Positions 30,656 through 40,485 of a DNA stretch of 64,000 nucleotides are shown here, piece after piece. This DNA is from Actinomycetota bacterium (lineage in GTDB: Bacteria > Actinomycetota > Actinomycetes > S36-B12 > UBA5976), in NCBI GenBank assembly GCA_009923495.1, contig RFTJ01000005.1, positions 39,321-103,320 of the forward strand, given 5' to 3'. The notes below the pieces were generated by a model, which saw nothing but the letters and a program-made list of their open reading frames with translations, searched no databases and was not told where the DNA came from. Within the stretch, counting starts at the first letter, position 1; each line of letters opens with the position of its first letter. Made by a program: the position numbers and the translations under genes.

Positions 30656-32817
30656 GATTTCTTCACAAACTCCGCACGGCTCGCAACTAATGCAGTTACT
30701 GCTCGAGCTAGTGCTGGTTGGTTTTCCAAGTTTGGATCGGTCTGCACTATCGCTTGGGCCAGTTCACGAGCTTGTTCTAGCAATGGGGCATCTGCGATGA
30801 TGCTCACTAATTTCAAACTGGAATGCACACCTGATTGCTCACGACCCAGCACATCACCCTCGCGACGTTGCTCTAAATCAAGCGCTGCTAATTCAAATCC
30901 ATCTGTGGTGGATGCTACAGCAGCAAGCCGCGCTCGAGCTGGACTGTACTGACTTGATTCAGTAACTAATAGGCAAAGGCCAGGTAGAGAGCCACGACCA
31001 ACACGACCGCGCAATTGATGTAATTGGCTAATACCAAATCGATCTGCATCCATAATCACCATTGTTGTTGCATTGGGGACATCGACACCAACTTCAATAA
31101 CAGTGGTTGAAATCAGGACTTCAATTCCATCTGGACTGCTCGGTCCAGCAGTAAATCGCTGCATCACTGCATCTTTATCGGCCGGCGACATTTGTCCATG
31201 CAAGGCGCCAACGCGCAAATCTGCAAGCGGTCCTGTAGTTAGTTCGTTAAATAGATCTTCCAAAGCAACGGCAGGGCGACTTTTAGCTTCAGCGTCCTTG
31301 TCCTGCTGACTGGCGATGCGCGGCACAACGATATAAACCTGATGGCCCTGAGTCACTTCCTCGCGGATTCGTTGCCAAGCTCGCTCTAAGTGTGCGGGTT
31401 TCTCTGCCGCCGCAACTACGTGAGTGGTTATTGGCTGACGACCTTTAGGTAGTTCGGTCAAAGTGGAGACGGCTAGAGCGCCAAAGGCCGTCATTGCAAC
31501 AGTGCGCGGAATTGGTGTTGCGGTCATTACTAAGACATGTGGCCTGCGTTCGGTTCCAGCTTTAGAAACTAGGGTGGCCCGTTGCTCAACGCCAAATCGA
31601 TGTTGTTCGTCAATGACGACAAGGCCCAAGTCAAAAAAATCTACTCGGTCTTCTAATAGTGCATGAGTACCAATGACGATGCCTGCTTGGCCGCTCGTGA
31701 TATCCAGCAGAGCTTTGCGTCGTTGCGCGGTATTTAACGATCCCGTGAGCAAAGTTACTCCGGTTGCGCCTTCGGCAGCCCCGAGTTCGCCTGCCCTTGC
31801 AAGCGGTCCAAGTAAGTTAGTGACGGCCCGATAATGTTGCATTGCCAATACTTCTGTTGGCGCAAGTAGAGCCGCCTGTCCCCCGCTATCTACCACAGTG
31901 AGCATTGCTCGAACAGCAATAACGGTCTTCCCACTACCGACTTCACCCTGGAGAAGTCTGTGCATTGGATGGCCAGTTGCAAGTTCAGCAGCTAACGTCT
32001 CTGCCACTTCAACCTGACCTTGGGTTAATGAGAATGGCAAACTTTGGTCAAATGAATCAAGCAATCCGCCAACTTTTGGAGTTCTGGCTATTGCTGGCCA
32101 CTTGGCATCTTCATACCTTTGTTGCGCCAAAATGATTTGCAAAGCTAGCGCTTCATCCCATTTGAGGCGCAGCTTCGCCTGCTCCAACTCTGCAGTACTT
32201 GTTGGTTTATGAATTGCCTTGAGACTCGTTTTCAGATCAAGTAGATCGTGAGCAACTAACACATCTTCAGGCAACGGTTCGTCTAGGTCGCCTAGTTTGA
32301 GCAAAACTGACTCGACACATCGAGCAATGGTCCAGGTTGGCAGTTTTTTTGTTGCCGAATAAACCGGCAAGAATTGCTCTGCGTAATCATCGGCCGAAAT
32401 CTGGGTAAATTCACCTAATAGCTCGTAATCAGGGTGGGTCAATTGACGCTTGTTATTGAAGACCGAAACTTGGCCGGCAAACAACCCGCGTTTGCCCGGA
32501 GTCAGCTCTTTTTCTCGCCAATGCTGGTTGAAAAACATTAACGTCAGTTGACCCGTTCCATCACTAATGACAACTTCCTGGCGATTACCAGGCTTTGATT
32601 GATTCCGCAGAGACTTAAAAGTGACAACTTCCGCCTGTACGGTTACATGCTCACCTATTTCTAAACTATTCAAGTTAGTAAGTGCGCCACGTTGTTCATA
32701 CCTTCGCGGGTAGTGGCGTAATAGATCTTCCACAGTGTTCATGCCAAATTCAGAGTTCAATAGGTCAGCAGTCTTTGCCCCGATTACTGTAGAAAGTGGT
32801 TCAGCTAATTCAGTCAT
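30652..32817 (-). CDS. recG: ATP-dependent DNA helicase RecG
   Basis: 721 aa with a wedge domain and helicase motifs LLQGEVGSGKT, VVIDEQHRFGV, MTATPIPRT and QLHQLRGRVGRG. Confidence 0.95.
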   Translation of the reverse strand: MTELAEPLSTVIGAKTADLLNSEFGMNTVEDLLRHYPRRYEQRGALTNLNSLEIGEHVTVQAEVVTFKSLRNQSKPGNRQEVVISDGTGQLTLMFFNQHWREKELTPGKRGLFAGQVSVFNNKRQLTHPDYELLGEFTQISADDYAEQFLPVYSATKKLPTWTIARCVESVLLKLGDLDEPLPEDVLVAHDLLDLKTSLKAIHKPTSTAELEQAKLRLKWDEALALQIILAQQRYEDAKWPAIARTPKVGGLLDSFDQSLPFSLTQGQVEVAETLAAELATGHPMHRLLQGEVGSGKTVIAVRAMLTVVDSGGQAALLAPTEVLAMQHYRAVTNLLGPLARAGELGAAEGATGVTLLTGSLNTAQRRKALLDITSGQAGIVIGTHALLEDRVDFFDLGLVVIDEQHRFGVEQRATLVSKAGTERRPHVLVMTATPIPRTVAMTAFGALAVSTLTELPKGRQPITTHVVAAAEKPAHLERAWQRIREEVTQGHQVYIVVPRIASQQDKDAEAKSRPAVALEDLFNELTTGPLADLRVGALHGQMSPADKDAVMQRFTAGPSSPDGIEVLISTTVIEVGVDVPNATTMVIMDADRFGISQLHQLRGRVGRGSLPGLCLLVTESSQYSPARARLAAVASTTDGFELAALDLEQRREGDVLGREQSGVHSSLKLVSIIADAPLLEQARELAQAIVQTDPNLENQPALARAVTALVASRAEFVKKS

Positions 32818-33731
32818 GATTCGCTTAACTGACCTGCTAATGAAGTGGTTGTAATCATTGATACTGCTCCGAGAGATTCTGCAACATCTAATACTCGTGA
32901 CACTTCATCAGTATGTATGTGCACTTTGAACTCCGGCGTAATCCCAGCGATAGTTATCGACTCGCCTAACTCAGCTAATGCGACTCGAAGTTGCTCGCGC
33001 GCATCTTTGCTGGTTGTTAATAGAAAAGTTAACTCAAAGCTAGGGCCGACATATTCGATCAGTGGCGGTAAGTTGGTTCGCTCGTGCATGAATGAAATAT
33101 TCACCTGATGGTTGTTGTAAAAGCTTGAAACCGATTCATGAAATAGCACTAAGACACAAGCTCCTGCATCTACTACTTGCGCATTCTGCAACTGCGCCAA
33201 CTGACTAGTGGTACGTAGTAGTGCAGATTTGGCCACATGGGTGACATCACCCAGATAGGCGAACAATTCAAATGTTGGCCGTACTTTAGCTACTGCTTGT
33301 GCGACGCTCAGGATTGTGCCGTCAGAAGGATTGAGCACTGCTTCAAAAGCACATTTTGCCGCCGATTGTAATCCCGCATACCAGTTAGCCACATCAGCTT
33401 GATCGCCGACAGCCATGGCCAGGCCACGAAAATACTCAGCCAAGATGGTGCCTGAGTTGCCACGGGCATTCGCACTTGCGAATTGAGCAAACTGGCGAAC
33501 AGTTAGGGTGAGGGACTCTCGGTCCACAGGATTAGCCGACAATCCCATGATTCCGGCCTGAACGGTTAACAAGGAATTGGTTCCAGTATCCGAATCAGGA
33601 ACAGGAAATACATTCAGGGCATTAATCTCGGACTCTCGTAATTCAAGTTGGTCGGCAAAGATTTGCAGTATCTGCAGAAAATCACTGGTCAAAATCCGAC
33701 CAACATCATGGGCGGATGGGCTTGCAGACAC
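32814..33731 (-). CDS. DAK2 domain-containing protein (short YloV-like)
   Basis: 305 aa with the DAK2 phosphate-binding motif [13 protein letters not shown]…NARGNSG. It overlaps recG by 4 nt. It is shorter than the roughly 500-aa homologues I recall. Confidence 0.75.
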   Translation of the reverse strand: MSASPSAHDVGRILTSDFLQILQIFADQLELRESEINALNVFPVPDSDTGTNSLLTVQAGIMGLSANPVDRESLTLTVRQFAQFASANARGNSGTILAEYFRGLAMAVGDQADVANWYAGLQSAAKCAFEAVLNPSDGTILSVAQAVAKVRPTFELFAYLGDVTHVAKSALLRTTSQLAQLQNAQVVDAGACVLVLFHESVSSFYNNHQVNISFMHERTNLPPLIEYVGPSFELTFLLTTSKDAREQLRVALAELGESITIAGITPEFKVHIHTDEVSRVLDVAESLGAVSMITTTSLAGQLSES

Positions 33732-33874
33732 ACACCAAGATTACCGTTTCCTTAGGAAATCTAGGCTTGGCGCAACATGAGCAACTCGGTGCGAACACCT
33801 TGAGTTGGTATTTCCCTTGCCCGACAGGTACAGTTGTGGGGCTAGTTAAATCATTATCCGCAAGGAGTTTCATC

Positions 33875-34063
33875 ATGGCTGCTAACTGCGATGTCTGTGG
33901 CAAAGGCCCAGGCTTTGGTCATGCCATTTCACATTCACACCGTCGCACCAAGCGTCGTTTCAATCCCAACATTCAGACCGTTCGCGCCCTAGTTGGTAAG
34001 ACCCCTAAGCGTTTGAACGTATGCACTTCCTGCATCAAAGCGGGCAAGGTTGCACGCGCATAA
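33875..34063 (+). CDS. rpmB: 50S ribosomal protein L28 (C+ form)
   Basis: [40 protein letters not shown]…[15 protein letters not shown] trimmed the start to ATG 33875, with AAGGAG at 33862..33867. Confidence 0.93.
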   Translation: MAANCDVCGKGPGFGHAISHSHRRTKRRFNPNIQTVRALVGKTPKRLNVCTSCIKAGKVARA

Positions 34064-34075
34064 CTACTAAATCTT

Positions 34076-34106
34076 AAAAAGCCCCGCCTCGTGCGGGGTT
34101 TTTTAA
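34076..34106. terminator. Bidirectional rho-independent terminator between convergent rpmB and thiL
   Basis: AAAAAGCCCCGC-ctcgt-GCGGGGTTTTTT is a GC-rich stem flanked by an A-run and a T-run, so it can terminate in both directions. Confidence 0.85.
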
Positions 34107-34135
34107 TTGCTGATTTCAAGTCACAATAATTTAAA

Positions 34136-35080
34136 TTAACTAAAGTGAGTCCAGCCTGTGGCGGTGATTTCCTCGCCATCTAAACTGACACCTTCTCCAG
34201 TGCTGACTGAACCAATGATTACCCAACCAGGTGGCACATCCAACGCACTGGAAAATGTTGCAACGAAGGCATGGTCTTCACCGCCTTGTAGCACCCAAGT
34301 AAGAGCATCTCCGTTGAAAGCAGAGGCCATAGCCTGAAGCTCCTCGGTTACTTCAAGTTTGTCTGATTCAATGTTGATCGCCACAGTGGATGCCCTGGCT
34401 AGGTGGCCAACATCAGCAATCAATCCGTCGCTTACATCAATCATCGAGTTAGCGGCCAAAGCAGCTTTGGCCAGTTCATAAGGAGGCTCCGGTACTCGAT
34501 GTGCACTGACAATTGACTTTGGTGAACGAAATCCACGTGAAAGCATGAGCAAGCCAGCCTGGGCATATCCGAGACGACCGGCAACTGCAACTACATCTCC
34601 AACTTTTGCACCCGATCGGGTGATTGGCTTTGCTGCTTGGAGTTCGCCAAAGGCACTGATAGTGATCATTACTTGATCCGCTTTGACTACATCGCCGCCG
34701 ATCACTGAAGCGCCAACTAGTTCCGCTTCATGTTTTATGCCATCGGCCAGTTCTAGCACCCATTGAACTTTAGTCTCTGCTGGAATGGCTAGGCCCACCA
34801 AAAAATACTTTGGATCTCCACCCATGGCAAAAATATCTGCCAAATTAACAGCAACGCTTTTGCGACCAATCTCAAATGCCGTTGACCAGTCAAGGCGGAA
34901 ATGTACGCCCTGCACCAAGACATCTAGACATGAGACCACGGGCTTGTCCGCAAGTGTCACCGCGGCATCATCACCATTTGGTGTGATGATTGTGTCAGTT
35001 TCTACATTGCCCAGGCGCTCACTTATGGCTGCAATTAGCGCAAACTCACCAAGTTCGGCAACGCTTTGCTGGATGTTCAC
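34136..35080 (-). CDS. thiL: Thiamine-monophosphate kinase
   Basis: 314 aa with AIR-synthase-like N- and C-domains, GEFALIAAI…GDDAAV…DVLVQGVHF…ADIFAMGG. Confidence 0.88.
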   Translation of the reverse strand: MNIQQSVAELGEFALIAAISERLGNVETDTIITPNGDDAAVTLADKPVVSCLDVLVQGVHFRLDWSTAFEIGRKSVAVNLADIFAMGGDPKYFLVGLAIPAETKVQWVLELADGIKHEAELVGASVIGGDVVKADQVMITISAFGELQAAKPITRSGAKVGDVVAVAGRLGYAQAGLLMLSRGFRSPKSIVSAHRVPEPPYELAKAALAANSMIDVSDGLIADVGHLARASTVAINIESDKLEVTEELQAMASAFNGDALTWVLQGGEDHAFVATFSSALDVPPGWVIIGSVSTGEGVSLDGEEITATGWTHFS

Positions 35081-35138
35081 ACCTTAACGGTATCGGGGAT
35101 CGAGGGTAGACGAGTTAGTTAGGTCGGATTTCTATAAA

Positions 35139-35600
35139 GTGGATAGCGTGAAGCAAGGCATCGTCTGGACAATCGCTGGACTTTTGCTTTTCACTGCCTG
35201 CGCAGATTCTAAAGTGGAAATTACGGCACCCACGCCAGATAACCAAGCGCGGGAAATTTGCGCACATTTTCTTGGCCGAGTTCCAATGAAGGTTGCCGAT
35301 AAAAGCAAGCGTGATGTCAACGGGGATTCAGCTCTCACTGCAGCTTGGGGCAATCCAGCAATCACGTTGCGCTGTGGGGTATCTGAGCCAGCAAATATGA
35401 CACCCGCATCACAATTAGTATCGGTCAATGAAATCGACTGGTTCCCACAGGAACTAAGCGCAGGCTGGCGCTTCACCTCAACGAACACTTCGGTTCGAGT
35501 CGAAGTTAGTGTCCCGAAAGAATTTCAACCAGAAGCAAATGCATTGGTGGATTTAACCACGAGTTTGCGGCCTCTAATAATCTCTGCTTCTGCCGAGTAG
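35139..35600 (+). CDS. DUF3515-like lipoprotein
   Basis: 153 aa with a lipobox-like LLLFTAC. The pattern …C..FLGRVP…AAWGNPAITLRCGV…W…V.VSVPKE fits the actinobacterial DUF3515 family usually found next to thiL/ddl. The family assignment is from memory. It starts with GTG and its 3' end overlaps ddl by 27 nt. Confidence 0.6.
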   Translation: MDSVKQGIVWTIAGLLLFTACADSKVEITAPTPDNQAREICAHFLGRVPMKVADKSKRDVNGDSALTAAWGNPAITLRCGVSEPANMTPASQLVSVNEIDWFPQELSAGWRFTSTNTSVRVEVSVPKEFQPEANALVDLTTSLRPLIISASAE

Positions 35601-36695
35601 TTGACTAGAGTTATTGCCGCGGCGCAGAGCGTCCGAAATAAGTTCATCAATCAAATTCGGGTATTCAATTCCACTTTGGGCCCACATTCTGGGAAACATT
35701 GAAATCGCAGTAAAGCCAGGCATCGTATTGACCTCATTCACAATAAGTTCGTTGGCCACGAGAAACAGGTCTACTCGGGCTAATCCGGCGCAATCCATCA
35801 TTGTGAAGACAGAGGTAGCCAGCTCCTGTGCCTGCTGATGAATTGATTCAGGAAGTTGTGCCGGGACTATCAGCTGAGCTGAATCATCAAGGTACTTTGC
35901 CTCATAGTCGTAGAACTCATGTTTGCCCTGCACCACAATCTCGGCGCAGACACTTGCTCGTGGACCCGTTGGACTATCCAGAACTCCACATTCAATTTCG
36001 CGAGCATTCTCCAAGCCTGCCTCGATTATTACTTTGGGGTCGTGAATTCGAGCTGCTTCAATTGCGACAACTAGATCAGATGGAGATTTAACTTTTGAGA
36101 TGCCGACACTTGAGCCGGCGCGACATGGCTTAACAAATAACGGATAGGTCAGTTGATTGACTCGAGCAATGGATCCATCGAAGTCACTCTGCCACTGTTC
36201 GTCAGTAATCACCTCATACTGACCAACCGAAAATCCTGCTTCGTACAAGATCGTCTTTAGATACGCCTTGTCCATGCAGGCGGCCGACGCGAAGACACCA
36301 GAACCCACATAAGGTACCCCAGCAGATTCTAAAATTGCCTGAATCGTGCCATCTTCGCCATATGTGCCGTGCAGCACCGGGAAAACTACATCAACTGGAA
36401 TCGATACGACCGAATCTTGATCGCTAATTTCAAGTGTGGGCTGGCCAGCAACTGAAACTAGTTGGACACTTTGACTGGTCGCTTGAACCACTGGTTCTTG
36501 GGCCGCGGTCATTGCAAGTAGCGGACTCGATAGCTCTATGGGAACCCATTCGCCCGCTTGGGTAATGCCAACTGGGATGGGCTCGAACTTGGTTTGGTCA
36601 ATCTCTCGCAGGACACTTCCTGCCGAAATGCACGAGATGGTGTGCTCATTGCTGATTCCGCCAAATAGCACGACCACGCGGGTGCGATTTTCCAT
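35574..36695 (-). CDS. ddl: D-alanine--D-alanine ligase
   Basis: 373 aa with VVVLFGGISNEHTISCISAG…VFPVLHGTYGEDGTIQ…FVKPCRAGSSVGISKV…NEVNTMPGFT. Confidence 0.95.
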   Translation of the reverse strand: MENRTRVVVLFGGISNEHTISCISAGSVLREIDQTKFEPIPVGITQAGEWVPIELSSPLLAMTAAQEPVVQATSQSVQLVSVAGQPTLEISDQDSVVSIPVDVVFPVLHGTYGEDGTIQAILESAGVPYVGSGVFASAACMDKAYLKTILYEAGFSVGQYEVITDEQWQSDFDGSIARVNQLTYPLFVKPCRAGSSVGISKVKSPSDLVVAIEAARIHDPKVIIEAGLENAREIECGVLDSPTGPRASVCAEIVVQGKHEFYDYEAKYLDDSAQLIVPAQLPESIHQQAQELATSVFTMMDCAGLARVDLFLVANELIVNEVNTMPGFTAISMFPRMWAQSGIEYPNLIDELISDALRRGNNSSQLLGRSRDY

Positions 36696-36747
36696 GAGTC
36701 CACGCTAGCCGATGTGCTCTAGTTTCATAGGCACTACTCTCTTACCT

Positions 36748-37887
36748 ATGAGCAATTCGTCGCAGGAACCGGAATTCACTATTGATACGCTCGCCGTGCA
36801 TGCAGGGCGCCCTGAGCGCACCCCAGACGGTTCCATTAATCCTCCAATCGTCCCGTCTAGCACTGTGCATGCTGGTGGTCCAATTGGTTACTTGCGACAT
36901 GGCAATGAAACTTTCGAAGCACTTGAGACAACAATTGGCGCAATTGAAGCTGGCACTGCAACTGTTTTTGCCAGTGGCATGGCTGCCGCTAATGCGGTTT
37001 TTGATTTGGTGCCACTTGGTGGCGTGATTGTTGCTAGCAAACACTCGTACGCAGCAGTTGGAACGCGACTAAATGAATTAGCCCAGCGCGGTCAGATTGA
37101 ATTGCGGTTAGTTGATGTAACCGACCAAGCAGATATCGCAGCTAAGATTTCGGGTCCTGACAAGCCTGCCAATTTAGTCTGGATTGAAACGCCAACTAAT
37201 CCGCTACTAGAAATTTGCGACATTGCGGCAACTGCCAAGCTCGCCCATAAAGTTGGTGCGCTACTTGCAGTTGATAGCACGTTCATGACTCCCGCGCGCC
37301 AGCGTCCGCTCAACCTCGGCGCCGACATCGTAATGCATAGTGTCACCAAAGGCCTGTCTGGTCATGCCGATCTGCTGATGGGAGCAACAATTGCCAAGGA
37401 CGCCGAAGTGGCCAAGCAACTTCACGGCCGTCGAACCATTCTTGGCGCAGTGCCGAGTGTCTTTGATACATTCTTAGCGCTTCGCGGAATTCGCACACTG
37501 ACCGTGCGCATTGATCGCGCAGAGGCAAATGCCAAGGTCTTGGCTCAGCTACTATCTGAACATCCAAAAGTCTCTAAGGTTTACTACCCAGGCTTGGCTA
37601 GTCATCCAAATGCCGATGTTCATACAACGCAAGCCAGTGGTCCAGGCTTCATCATTTCATTCGAAGTCGGTAACTCGGCTAGTGATGCTGACCGAGTATG
37701 TGAATCAACCAAAATCTTGGCGAATGCAACATCGCTAGGTGGCGTTGAATCGCTGCTGGAACGCCGTCGTCGTTGGACCCATGAAAATCAAGATGTGCCC
37801 GAAAACCTGATCCGAGTATCAGTCGGCATCGAGGATGTTGAAGATTTGTGGTCTGATCTCAAGCAAGCTATCGAAGTTTTACCTTAA
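36748..37887 (+). CDS. Cys/Met-metabolism PLP-dependent enzyme (cystathionine gamma-synthase/beta-lyase family)
   Basis: PLP-lysine motif HSVTKGLSGHADLLMG, and the family C-terminus LGGVESLLE…IRVSVGIEDVEDLWSDL. I trimmed the start to ATG 36748. The exact reaction cannot be assigned from sequence alone. Confidence 0.8.
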   Translation: MSNSSQEPEFTIDTLAVHAGRPERTPDGSINPPIVPSSTVHAGGPIGYLRHGNETFEALETTIGAIEAGTATVFASGMAAANAVFDLVPLGGVIVASKHSYAAVGTRLNELAQRGQIELRLVDVTDQADIAAKISGPDKPANLVWIETPTNPLLEICDIAATAKLAHKVGALLAVDSTFMTPARQRPLNLGADIVMHSVTKGLSGHADLLMGATIAKDAEVAKQLHGRRTILGAVPSVFDTFLALRGIRTLTVRIDRAEANAKVLAQLLSEHPKVSKVYYPGLASHPNADVHTTQASGPGFIISFEVGNSASDADRVCESTKILANATSLGGVESLLERRRRWTHENQDVPENLIRVSVGIEDVEDLWSDLKQAIEVLP

Positions 37888-38102
37888 ATTTGGCGATGTT
37901 TCCTGTCTAATTAGGAAAATTTGCCGCAGATTTTTTGAGAAGCAACGGGCTCGAATTCGTAAATTACAGCGACTTCTTTTCAAACTAAGTACGCCTCTTG
38001 TGAGGTCAAGAAAAGACATTGACTAAACAAAGCAAATGGGTTGCGAGCCTTTTTGATTGTCGGAATAATATCGTCAGTCAAAAGTTTTAGATAACCGTCA
38101 GG

Positions 38103-38564
38103 ATGGCAATGAAAAACCTAAAAGACCGAACCATGTTCGTTTTATCAATCGGTGTAGTTATCGCTCTAATCCTTGCCATAACTGGCGACTACATAATCTC
38201 TGGTCTCGAGACCAGCACTACCGGCGAAGCCCAAGAAGTTTCCTCTGACGTGATGAAACTAGCTCAGACTGCACTTGGTGGCGTAATTGGTGTCCTTGGC
38301 GGCTATTTCGGCGCGAAAGCAGGTAGAGATAATGAGCAAGGTCCCGAACAGGCTGCCTTGGTTGGCAAAATCGTGACCATTCTGGCTATTGGCACAATGT
38401 CCGCAGTGTGTTTGGCAATCATTGGAGACTATGTGACTGCCGCCATGGAGACGACTATTACCCGCCAGCCCCAGGATGTTTCGTCAGCAGTGATGACACT
38501 GGTTCAAACTGCGCTTGGTGGTGTCATCGGAATCATTGGAGCTTACTTTGGCGCAAATGAGTAA
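38103..38564 (+). CDS. Hypothetical 4-TM membrane protein made of two tandem homologous halves
   Basis: The halves AITGDYIISGLETSTTGEAQEVSSDVMKLAQTALGGVIGVLGGYFGA and AIIGDYVTAAMETTITRQPQDVSSAVMTLVQTALGGVIGIIGAYFGA align without gaps. I recognise no family. Confidence 0.6.
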   Translation: MAMKNLKDRTMFVLSIGVVIALILAITGDYIISGLETSTTGEAQEVSSDVMKLAQTALGGVIGVLGGYFGAKAGRDNEQGPEQAALVGKIVTILAIGTMSAVCLAIIGDYVTAAMETTITRQPQDVSSAVMTLVQTALGGVIGIIGAYFGANE

Positions 38565-38576
38565 TTAGCGCTAGCT

Positions 38577-40358
38577 TCAAGAATCCAATAACTGCTCGGA
38601 AATTTCGAGCCATTTATCTTCAAGTTCAGACTTTTGGGATTTGAGTTCGGTTAGTTGTGGCGAAAGTTCACCGATTTTCACAAAGTCCGTCGCGTGAACT
38701 TCCATCTGTTCAAGCAACTGCTTGATCGAGGTATCAGCCTTGGCAATTGACCGTTCAATTTTGGCCAATTCTTTCTGCAGCTCACGCACTGCCCCGCCAC
38801 TGAGTTTCTCTTTCATAGGCGACTGATCGGCCACAGATGATTCTTGGTCTTGCAACGCTCGCAATTCCAAAAACTCATCCAAGCCACGGGGCAGATCCCG
38901 TAATCCCCCATCACCCATTACGCCGACAAATCGGTCACAGACCCGCTCAAGAAAATAACGGTCGTGCGAGACAACGAGCAATGTGCCAGGGAAACTATCA
39001 AGTAAGTCTTCAAGGCTGGCAAGAGTCTCAACATCGAAATCATTTGTCGGCTCATCCAAAATCAAGACATTCGGCCCACCCATAAGTAACCGCGTTAACT
39101 GAAGTCGTCTTCGTTCACCGCCGGATAAATCCCCTACTGGTGTCCACTGCGCTTCACTAGCGAAACCAAGTCGTTCACATAGTGACGAGGCACTAAGTTC
39201 TTTACCTTTACCAATTTCAACTCGAGCAGCAACTTGCTCAACTGCCTCAAGGACGCGCCAAGTGGGATTAAGTTCTTCAAGATGTTGCGACAGAAAGGCC
39301 GGCTTAACGGTTACGCCCGTCACTAACTTGCCTTGAGATAATTCAAGTTGGCCAGTTAACACGCGAAGCAAGGTTGTTTTGCCGGCACCATTAACGCCTG
39401 CAATCCCAATTCGATCACCCGGACCAACATTCCAATCCAGATGGTCAAATAGATTGCGTTCACCCAAAGTCACTCGGGCGTTATGCAGTTCGTAAACCGT
39501 GCGACCAAGTCGTGCGTTGGCAAATGCCAATAGTTCAACGTTGTTGCGCGGTGGTGGCTCGTTGGCGATTAGTTCGTTTGCGGCATCAATTCGAAACTTC
39601 GGCTTAGAGGTTCTGGCCGGTGCACCTCGGCGCAGCCAAGCCAGTTCCTTTTTGATTAAGTTATTGCGCTTTTGCTCTTCAACCGAGGCTTGTCGCATTC
39701 GCTCGGCCTTTGCCAAAACAAACGCTGAGTAGCCGCCGTCGTACTCTTCGACCTGCCCGTTAACCACTTCCCAGGTGCGATCACTTACTTCATCCAAGAA
39801 CCAACGGTCGTGGGTAACTACTGCCAAGGCCAGATTGCGCCGAGCTTTCAAATGTTGTGCCAACCAAGCAACAGCTTCTACATCAAGATGGTTAGTTGGT
39901 TCATCAAGCAGTAGCACATCCAAATCGCTGATTAGAAGTTTTGCCAAGGCCACTCGGCGTCGTTCACCGCCGGAAAGTGGTCCCATTGTTCGAGTTAAGA
40001 TTTGTTCGCCAAAACCGCCAAAGAGGCCAGTCAGTACATCACGAACTGCAGCGCTTGTTGCCCACTCGTGATCTGACTGATCGCCTAAGACAACATCTCG
40101 AACGGTAGCAGCGGGATCGGCACTATCAACCTGATTTAACGTACCAACCACAATGTTGTTTGCCTGCGAAACCCGACCGCTATTTGGAGTGTCATCGCCA
40201 GCCATTACTTTCAACAGTGAGGACTTGCCGCCACCGTTTCGGCCAACGATACCGATCCGAGAAAATTCGGCCAAGCCAAGCGATACCTGATCTAGGACAG
40301 CGCCTTTTCCATAATCGAGCGAAACATTCTCGATGTTAATTAGATTGCGCGGTGCCAC
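38577..40358 (-). CDS. ABC-F family ATPase (no TM domain, C-terminal coiled coil)
   Basis: 593 aa with two ABC cassettes (GRNGGGKSS/LSGGERRR/LLLDEPTNHLD and GVNGAGKTT/LSGGERRR/LILDEPTNDFD), an inter-domain linker, and a helical tail. Confidence 0.9.
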   Translation of the reverse strand: MAPRNLINIENVSLDYGKGAVLDQVSLGLAEFSRIGIVGRNGGGKSSLLKVMAGDDTPNSGRVSQANNIVVGTLNQVDSADPAATVRDVVLGDQSDHEWATSAAVRDVLTGLFGGFGEQILTRTMGPLSGGERRRVALAKLLISDLDVLLLDEPTNHLDVEAVAWLAQHLKARRNLALAVVTHDRWFLDEVSDRTWEVVNGQVEEYDGGYSAFVLAKAERMRQASVEEQKRNNLIKKELAWLRRGAPARTSKPKFRIDAANELIANEPPPRNNVELLAFANARLGRTVYELHNARVTLGERNLFDHLDWNVGPGDRIGIAGVNGAGKTTLLRVLTGQLELSQGKLVTGVTVKPAFLSQHLEELNPTWRVLEAVEQVAARVEIGKGKELSASSLCERLGFASEAQWTPVGDLSGGERRRLQLTRLLMGGPNVLILDEPTNDFDVETLASLEDLLDSFPGTLLVVSHDRYFLERVCDRFVGVMGDGGLRDLPRGLDEFLELRALQDQESSVADQSPMKEKLSGGAVRELQKELAKIERSIAKADTSIKQLLEQMEVHATDFVKIGELSPQLTELKSQKSELEDKWLEISEQLLDS

Positions 40359-40485
40359 GGCAAATGCCTTTCGTTAAAGTCCATTGTGCCGTATCGAAGG
40401 GTAAGTCCTAATCCTTTAACGAGCGGAAACAAGCGCCCGCAACAAAGTTCGGCAACTTAAACGACTGCAAATTTTACGAGACGAC

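Noticed and set aside
37835-38026. A 63-aa ORF spanning the end of the PLP-enzyme gene and the following spacer.
   Set aside because: It overlaps the 3' end of a well-supported gene in another frame, has a basic low-complexity sequence and lacks an RBS.
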